Shown here piece by piece: positions 56,731 through 64,000 of a stretch of DNA of 64,000 bases. The stretch's first letter is position 1. Each line of letters opens with the position of its first letter. This DNA comes from Eledone cirrhosa. Its lineage: Eukaryota. Position numbers and translations under genes: made by a program. The stretch lies in NCBI GenBank assembly GCA_964016885.1, contig OZ024740.1, forward strand, positions 273,854,001 through 273,918,000, in the 5' to 3' direction. The notes beneath the pieces are model-generated. The model ran no database searches and was not told the DNA's origin. It saw nothing but the letters and a program-made list of their open reading frames with translations.

Positions 56731-57851
56731 TATTTGTGACATATATATATATAACACATCTTTATATCATTGCATAAACCTTTTTTCTTGTTGGTGCTGT
56801 TTCGATTACCGTGTTGTTGTTGTCAAAATTCTTCTCTTTTATGAAATATAACAAATATTTACATCTACACCATTTCTTTCATATTATATGTACAACTATT
56901 TGCTGCTTCTAATTCTATTTCTACTTTCAAAGTTTCCAACAGTATTCTGTTACACACAAACACATACAATCACATTCTCTCACACACACACGTACATATT
57001 CTTATATATGTGCGTGTTTGGATTTTGAAATACACCTGTTTGCACATGCGCATGCAAATATTCTGATTGCTGTTGAATTGTCAAAATATGAAGAATAATG
57101 GCCCAAATACCTTTTGGCATATTCTTACATCTATTTACTGTCTGAGTTCGAACCCCGTTCAGGTTTCTTTGCTTTTCATCAATCTGAGATTTATAAAATA
57201 TGTATCAGACTAGCTGGCCCCGTGCCATCAAAAATGACTGCTAAACGGTAGATATGTATTTGTATATACCTTTCAGCTACGGTCGTTTTATATTCTTGAT
57301 AATTCTAATTTATTTCGATATTGCTTGGGACTCGGCTCCTTGAACAACACACACACACACATACACTCACACACACATACTCACACACATACACTCACAC
57401 ATACAAACACTCACACACACACACTCACACACACAGACACCCACGCATACATACACTCACACACATACAAACACTCACGCACACAAGCACTCACAAATGT
57501 GTAGCCAATCTAAGAACTCTAGTTAAAGATAACTATTACATACACACACATCTACACAAATATACACATACACAGATTCAGAGAAAAGAATTATTACATC
57601 CATACACATATATTTGTGTGTGCATATGTTTACATTTATATCTATGAGTAACACAAGTGTAGCGAACGCTGTTCTCTGTTTTCTATAGTATTTCACCAGC
57701 CCCCTTTCTTCCACACTCATCACATAAATGTCTGTGTAGGTAATACATTTGTAATATATATATATATATATATATGAATTTTTATTTATATGTATGTACT
57801 GAAACAGAGGAGTTACCTCCCTTGGCAAGACGTACAAAAACACAAGAGCAT

Positions 57852-58036
57852 TGGATTGGCAGTATCGGTAGAGGGTTGGGCGCCATGCTTTGACGCATAG
57901 AGTTGCGGCCCTTGTCATTCTGAGTTCAAATCCCGCCGAGGTTAACTTTGCCTTTTATCCTTATGGGGTCGATAAAATAAAGTACCAGTAATACACTGGT
58001 GCATTGCTTGCCTTGTGCCAAAAAAGTAGAAACAAT
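57852..58036 (+). mobile_element. tRNA-derived SINE
   Basis: Family consensus. Confidence 0.9.
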
Positions 58037-58433
58037 TATATATTAGATGATATATATAGGAAAAAGATCTAATGAACGAGATTATATTATATCACTTTAA
58101 CCGGTAGAAATAATAACCAATGTCCTTCAAACCATATCTCACTATCCGATAAGAGAGGAATACAATGTTCAGTACAGCATCTGATAAGCCAGAAGTTAGG
58201 ATTGTCTACAATAAGTATTTCTTAAAGTGACACAAGGCCAAACATGTCATAAGTACGAATAGACAGGTTTATCAACCTAATATTTGACAGCTACATTATT
58301 TTATCAAACCCGGAAGGATGACAAGAGACGTTAATATCAATAAGGTTTGATGCTATTGTAACTAAATACAGCAAAGCGCGCTCACCCACCCATCCATACA
58401 CGTACGTATGTGTGTGTATATATATATATATAA

Positions 58434-58969
58434 ATAAAATAACAGGAGGCTGGACTGGTTTAATTCCTTAAAAGGTTTATTATACTATGATCATTTCAAT
58501 TACCGGGTTCAGAATGAATCCGGTGACATCAGGTATTCGAAATATAACAAAGGAATATAATAGACAAAATCCATGGTGCTGAAAATCAGAGATATGAGGG
58601 CGGCCGACCATTTAGCAGCCACCAGCCATGTCAATTGAGGGTCGTTGACCGGGCTGGTATCTGCTAATGGTTGGCCGCCCTGATATCTATGATTTTCAGC
58701 ACCATGGATTTTGTCTATTATATTCCTTTGTTATATTTCGAATACCTGATGATGTCACCGGATTCATACTGAACCCGGTCATTGAAATGATCATAGTATA
58801 ATACACCTTTTAAGGAATTACACCAGTCCAGCCTCCTGTTATTTTATAATAATTAACTCCGTACTCGCACCACCAACAACACAAACGAAGACGTCGAGTG
58901 CTCTCCATAATATTACATCGAGGTTGACCATACAGAATGACCAGTTCTATCCAATGGTGAATCAGCAAA

Positions 58970-58972
<3 letters not shown>
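58434..58972. mobile_element. Fold-back HHR element (family D), copy 2
   Basis: About 195-bp inverted arms (58434-58628 / 58652-58847) plus tail 58848-58972; intact HHR at 58742-58799 (+); the left-arm core has lost 3 nt. Confidence 0.88.
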
Positions 58973-59021
<49 letters not shown>

Positions 59022-59059
59022 TACTTTGGGAGGGTCATGTTGCCAATAATATATATATA

Positions 59060-59892
59060 CTAGCCGAATTACCCGCGCCTTGCTGCGTTTCACAAATTTT
59101 TTTTTTGTAACAAAATGATGATTGATTTTAAATCAGTGACATAATTTATGGAGAAAATCTCTGCATTTCAATATTACTCAATGTAAAATGTAATGCATGA
59201 AAAATTGGAAACATTATTTTTTGTAATATATCAAATCAAAATTACATTATTAAATCTTATTCTTATTTTGATTCTTGTAAATAATTTTTTTTAAATATCA
59301 ATTCAAAACTTTTGTGAATAGGCCTCATATCTTGTCATTTACCTATGGTTTAAATTTCATATAAACCGAAGGGAAAAAATTATCAGCGGAGATTTGTGCC
59401 TCCGGGGAACCCTAATAGAGGGTTTAACCCCCATTAGGGTGTCTTAATATGATTGACATTTGCTGAAATTTTGTGAATAGGCATCATATCTTGTCATTTA
59501 CCTATGGTTTAAATTTCATATAAACCGAAGGGAAAAAATTATCAGCGGAGATTTGTGCCTCCGGGGAACCCTAATAGAGGGTTTAACCCCCATTAGGGTG
59601 TCTTAATATGATTGACATTTGCTGAAATTTTGTGAATAGGCATCATATCTTGTCATTTACCTATGGTTTAAATTTCATATAAATCGAAGGGAAAACATTT
59701 TCAGCGGGGGTTTTCAGCCGGGGTTTGGTGCCCCTGTAGAACCTTTTGATTACAATGAAACATACTTGTTCAAGTACCCCAGGAAATCTAGTTTCAGAAT
59801 ATATATATGGTTATGGTGGTCTATCTCCTAAATCATAGGAGTAGTTCGTAAACAAACAAACAAACAGACAGGAATATAACTTTATATAGCGA
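59060..59892 (-). mobile_element. Non-autonomous Helitron with internal 159-bp tandem repeats
   Basis: Minus strand starts A|TCGCTATATAAAG..(GTTT)n and ends CGCAGCAAGGCGCGGGTAATTCGG-CTAG|T; repeat units start at 59311, 59470 and 59629. Confidence 0.82.
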
Positions 59893-60034
59893 TATATGGT
59901 ACTGTCCCGTAAATTCTGATAGAGTCGAAGGGGGTGCCGTATTGACATACGCCGTTTCTTGGGTATTTAAAACTTGGTGGAGCCCACCCCTCTCCAGGCC
60001 TAAGTACAGCAGACTTCTTCCAGTGAGAGGAACA

Positions 60035-60190
60035 ATCTACCCCAGTACAAGACTGGTTCTTTTTTTCATCGACCTTGAAATGATGAAAAGCAAAGTTGAT
60101 CTCGGAGGGATTTGAAGACAGAGAGCAATGAGCCTGAACGACTAACATAAAGCATTCTATCCGACGTTCTAATGATTCTGCCAATTCGCT
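60035..60190 (-). mobile_element. Diverged tRNA-derived SINE
   Basis: GAATTGGCAGAATCATTAGAACGTCGG...CTTTGCTTTTCATC..GGTCGATGAAA. Confidence 0.65.
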
Positions 60191-61200
60191 TCCCATATAT
60201 ATATATGTGTGTGTGTATGTGTCCAGTAAAAGCTTGTTAATCCGTGTGAGCTGGTTTGTCACTTTGGTAAAAACAGGCGTAAGCAGGAGAAAGCACTCTA
60301 CACGCGGAGTGTGTAGTTTCAATGGAGATTCAGTATATCAATAACATTAAGAATGATGCTGTGTTTACAATCACAGTTTATTGATATTTATGTAGTATAT
60401 ACATAAACATTCACGCAATCTTAGACACATGTGAGTGGTGCAATACTCGTTACATATACTATGAAATATTTCGTTGTCTCATTACGTTCATGTATGCGAG
60501 ATATTGTAAAAATTACATGTATATACACTTCCCCTCCTTTAACTTGAATATCATCCATGGAAGATATCAATTATTCAGCCTTGACCCTCTCTTGCGTTAA
60601 CATTTGGTGAGGCTGGAAGATATCTCTTTCATTGAAAACCCAAGGACAAATATAATAGTGATTGGTGACAGAGAAGTGGGAGTTAGAAGAAGGAAAATGA
60701 TTTGTCCTCTTGATTCCATCCCTCAAAGAAATCTTTAGTTTTGTTTCTCAGGAATACGTTGGGTTTATAACTACCAATATCTACCACAATTTCACAATGC
60801 GTTGAAATATCATAGTATAGTCGATAGTTCCTACGATTTTGCGACACCTTTTGAGATTAAATATGATAGTGATGAGTTCGAGTTCACCTACACAATGCAA
60901 TAAGGGAGCCTCTGCAAGGTCAATGAAGCTCTTAGAAATAGTATTCTAAACTACCTCAAAACCCATCCAAACATATTAAAAATCAAAGGAGTCACTGAAA
61001 TGAGATATGACCGTCACAGTTGGAATGTTTTAATCATTGTCACACAGAGTAAGGGCTGACATAGGTTTAAAGAACAGCAGTAGCTATGATATCGCAACAC
61101 TTTTAAATGCAACCGGTAACTTGTAAAGGGACCAATTAGCAAAGACGTTAGGGCGTAGGATAAACTTCTTTGCAGTATTCCTTTTTGTTCGGTTTTCATG

Positions 61201-61414
61201 GAGGTCATTTGGCAGAGTCGCTAGAGCGTTGGATGAAATACTTCGCAATATTTGCTGCAGCTGATTAGGTTCTGAGTTCACATCCAACTAAGGTTAGCCT
61301 TGCCTTTTGTCCATACAGTGTCGATAAAATAAAGTACCGGTAACGCACTGGGGTCGATTTAATCAACTTTCTTCTTCCTTAAAATTGGTGGCATTGTGCC
61401 TAAATCAGAAATCA
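61201..61414 (+). mobile_element. Diverged long-variant tRNA-derived SINE
   Basis: TTGGCAGAGTCG...GAGTTCACATCC...GTCGATAAAATAAAGTACC...GGGGTCGATTTAATC. Confidence 0.7.
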
Positions 61415-62084
61415 TTATTCATTTTGCTTCTCTATAACAGCGCCAAGAAGAATGTTTGGTTTTCATCTTTTGGGGTCCACCTATAGACTACCTGTTGGGT
61501 ACTGGGGTTGAATTTCATACTTTACCCGCTCTCTTGTGTTTTTTCTGCCCCTTTATTTTTTCTCGTTGGAAGAAATTGTATGGTTATATGAATGAGCTTC
61601 ATCAGACATAAATGTTCAACATATACTGTATGGGAAAACGGCCTACGGTCTACGACACCACCAGTATTTGAGGAATCAAGAAAAGAAGAAAAGCAACATA
61701 TGTTTATATGTTCACACAGTGAGATCTGTTGCATATATTAGCTGATTCCTACAAGTAAATCTATTTTCCTCTTCTCTAAAACACTCCACTTTATATTCGC
61801 TTGACAAAACACTGATGACATCTCTAACGAATATTTGCCCTCTGCTCAAAATTAACCAAACCAAATTTCATTGGCTAATGCAATCCTAATTTCCAGCCAA
61901 ACCAACAACACAGCTATATTTCAAGCTGCATTCTACCAAAAGAAACTAATTAAAAACTACATCTAAATGGATAATCACATGAACGCAAAATATTGTCCTC
62001 TGGTTTTCTATTTTACTTGATCATTGTTCTAATGATCAGATTCAGTAGGTGTTAAGTTTCACCCTCTTTCCCCTTCTCTACTTG

Positions 62085-62155
<71 letters not shown>

Positions 62156-62313
62156 ACATGTGTACTTTATATATATATGCGTATATATATATGTATACAT
62201 GTGTACATATATATATATATGCGTATATATATATACATGTGTGTGTATATGTGCATATGTATGTATATTTATATGCATATATATATGTTTATGTATGTAT
62301 ATAAATGTGTATG

Positions 62314-62369
<56 letters not shown>

Positions 62370-62831
62370 TACACGAACATATGCATGAAAGTCTGCATGT
62401 ATTTATATATATATTTATGAGTATATGTAATTTTTTTCTGTCTACGTAGCTTTTTCTCTACGTTTCGTTATTGCTTTTGGGGTGACATAATTTGCACCAA
62501 TATTTTGCTGGATTAGGTAATAACATTATATTAATGAAAGTATTAGTATCCTATATGGCCAGTGGGAAGGAAAACCTGGCACAAAAACGGTAGAAAAGAT
62601 GACTTTAGGCACATATTAATGGCAATCACTTCAAAAGGACTTGAAAGTAGTACAGTGGCAACTGATTTCTTCATATAATGGGAAATGAATTCATATTAAG
62701 GAGATGAAACAAATTTATAAATATGACAGCTCTTGCCAACTACGCATTTCTTCAGAATACGTATCGAAAATTTTACTCTTTATATGTGTGTATTCGTGTA
62801 TGCATTCACGCCCCCCCCCCCCCCCCCACAC

Positions 62832-62863
<32 letters not shown>

Positions 62864-63040
62864 GCACACACACATATATATATATGTATATATATAAATA
62901 TTTGCGTGTGTGTATGTGTGTGAGTGTTTATGAGATACCTGAAAGCTATATCTTTACTAGGAAGTAAATACCATATAATTATCAGAGTTTTTCACATATG
63001 TGTGTGTTTCTCTTGCTTAAATCTTTCTGTATTTTATCTG

Positions 63041-63097
<57 letters not shown>

Positions 63098-63340
63098 TAT
63101 ATATAATCCGTATGTTTGTTAGTGTCTGCCTGTGTTTTTCTATATATGTATGTATTCATATATCTGTGCGTGTGTGAATGTATAGGAATGCAAAAGTGAA
63201 TGTACAGGAGTTCAGCTTTGATAGACATCATCAGAGAAAATATACACACACACACACACACTCTCTCCCTCTCTCTCTCTCTCCCCCCTCTCTCTCTCTC
63301 ACACACACACACATACACACATACATATATATATATATAA
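62085..63340. repeat. Compound (TA)n/(CA)n/(CT)n microsatellites
   Basis: Dinucleotide runs at about 62085-62420, 62810-62925, 63045-63105 and 63240-63340. Confidence 0.9.
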
Positions 63341-64000
63341 AGATAGACCTTAATAGTATGATTAAGTTTACTACAATTTTAGAAAGGACTCAATAAATTT
63401 GGATTGCAGGTGATAAAGAAAATTATTATTCTTGCATATACACATGTTTGTGCGCTTCACCAGCATTTCCGTGTAGTTTTCCGTAAGTTTATTGTCTCCA
63501 GGTGCCTTTGTCCCATTTATTCCGTATCTTATAGGGTTTCCTCACTTACATTTGTAATCCAACAGTTACCCAATTCACAAGAACCACCTCATTTATCCCT
63601 TACGTTATTCTCTTTGTCTTCTTATCTGCTTTTCCTCCCCTACTTTATGTCGAACACAGGTCAGACGAGTGTGAAGATTTTCTTGTGCTGAGGTACAGGA
63701 TTTTTATTTCTCTTCGTACATATAAATTTACTCTCAGCCATGTCTCTTATATCCATTTTCATGTTGGCCGCAATTTAACAACTGCATTTAATATAATTAG
63801 GCACATATTCATTGTATAATTTTATATTTCTCATTGAAATTTATCCCTGTTTCGAAGACATGGTGTTTGATTCAAGTGCTGTTAGTCTATTTCCTGGGTA
63901 GTTTGTGATTTAGCTCTGTGTATACCATCGTGTAAAAACCGTCCTCAACGGAATATGTGAAACTACATCTGATGAGAGACAAATCTGATAACCAGGATAT

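Noticed and set aside
55291-59710. Tandem arrays as CRISPR-like loci
   Set aside because: Whole units repeat with no unique spacers; eukaryotic context and no cas genes
63960-64000. CTGATGAG near the window edge
   Set aside because: Rest of the motif is not visible in the window

Overview
AT-rich, microsatellite-saturated animal DNA with no host gene that I can support. The SINE/LINE complement suggests a cephalopod such as Octopus (inference only). Nearly all interpretable sequence is mobile-element derived: about 20 tRNA-derived SINEs with a Meta/MESC-type central domain, CORE-SINEs with RTE-type tails, decayed RTE, CR1-like, CRE-like and Tx1/L1 LINEs, two Helitrons with both termini, two MITEs, and Penelope-like elements (PLEs). 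The most notable signal is a dense set of hammerhead ribozyme (HHR) motifs, about 20 from several unrelated families. It includes (i) a tandem array of ~333-bp structured units at 55.3-56.2 kb, each with a type I HHR, resembling a non-LTR retrozyme or newt satellite-2-like circRNA generator; (ii) several fold-back elements whose arms carry HHRs and which sit in (TA)n tracts; and (iii) an HHR with the compensatory U3-A8 core. A PLE at 12.7-15.3 kb looks like an in-frame chimera of two PLE lineages. All structures were read by eye, and ribozyme activity is untested.
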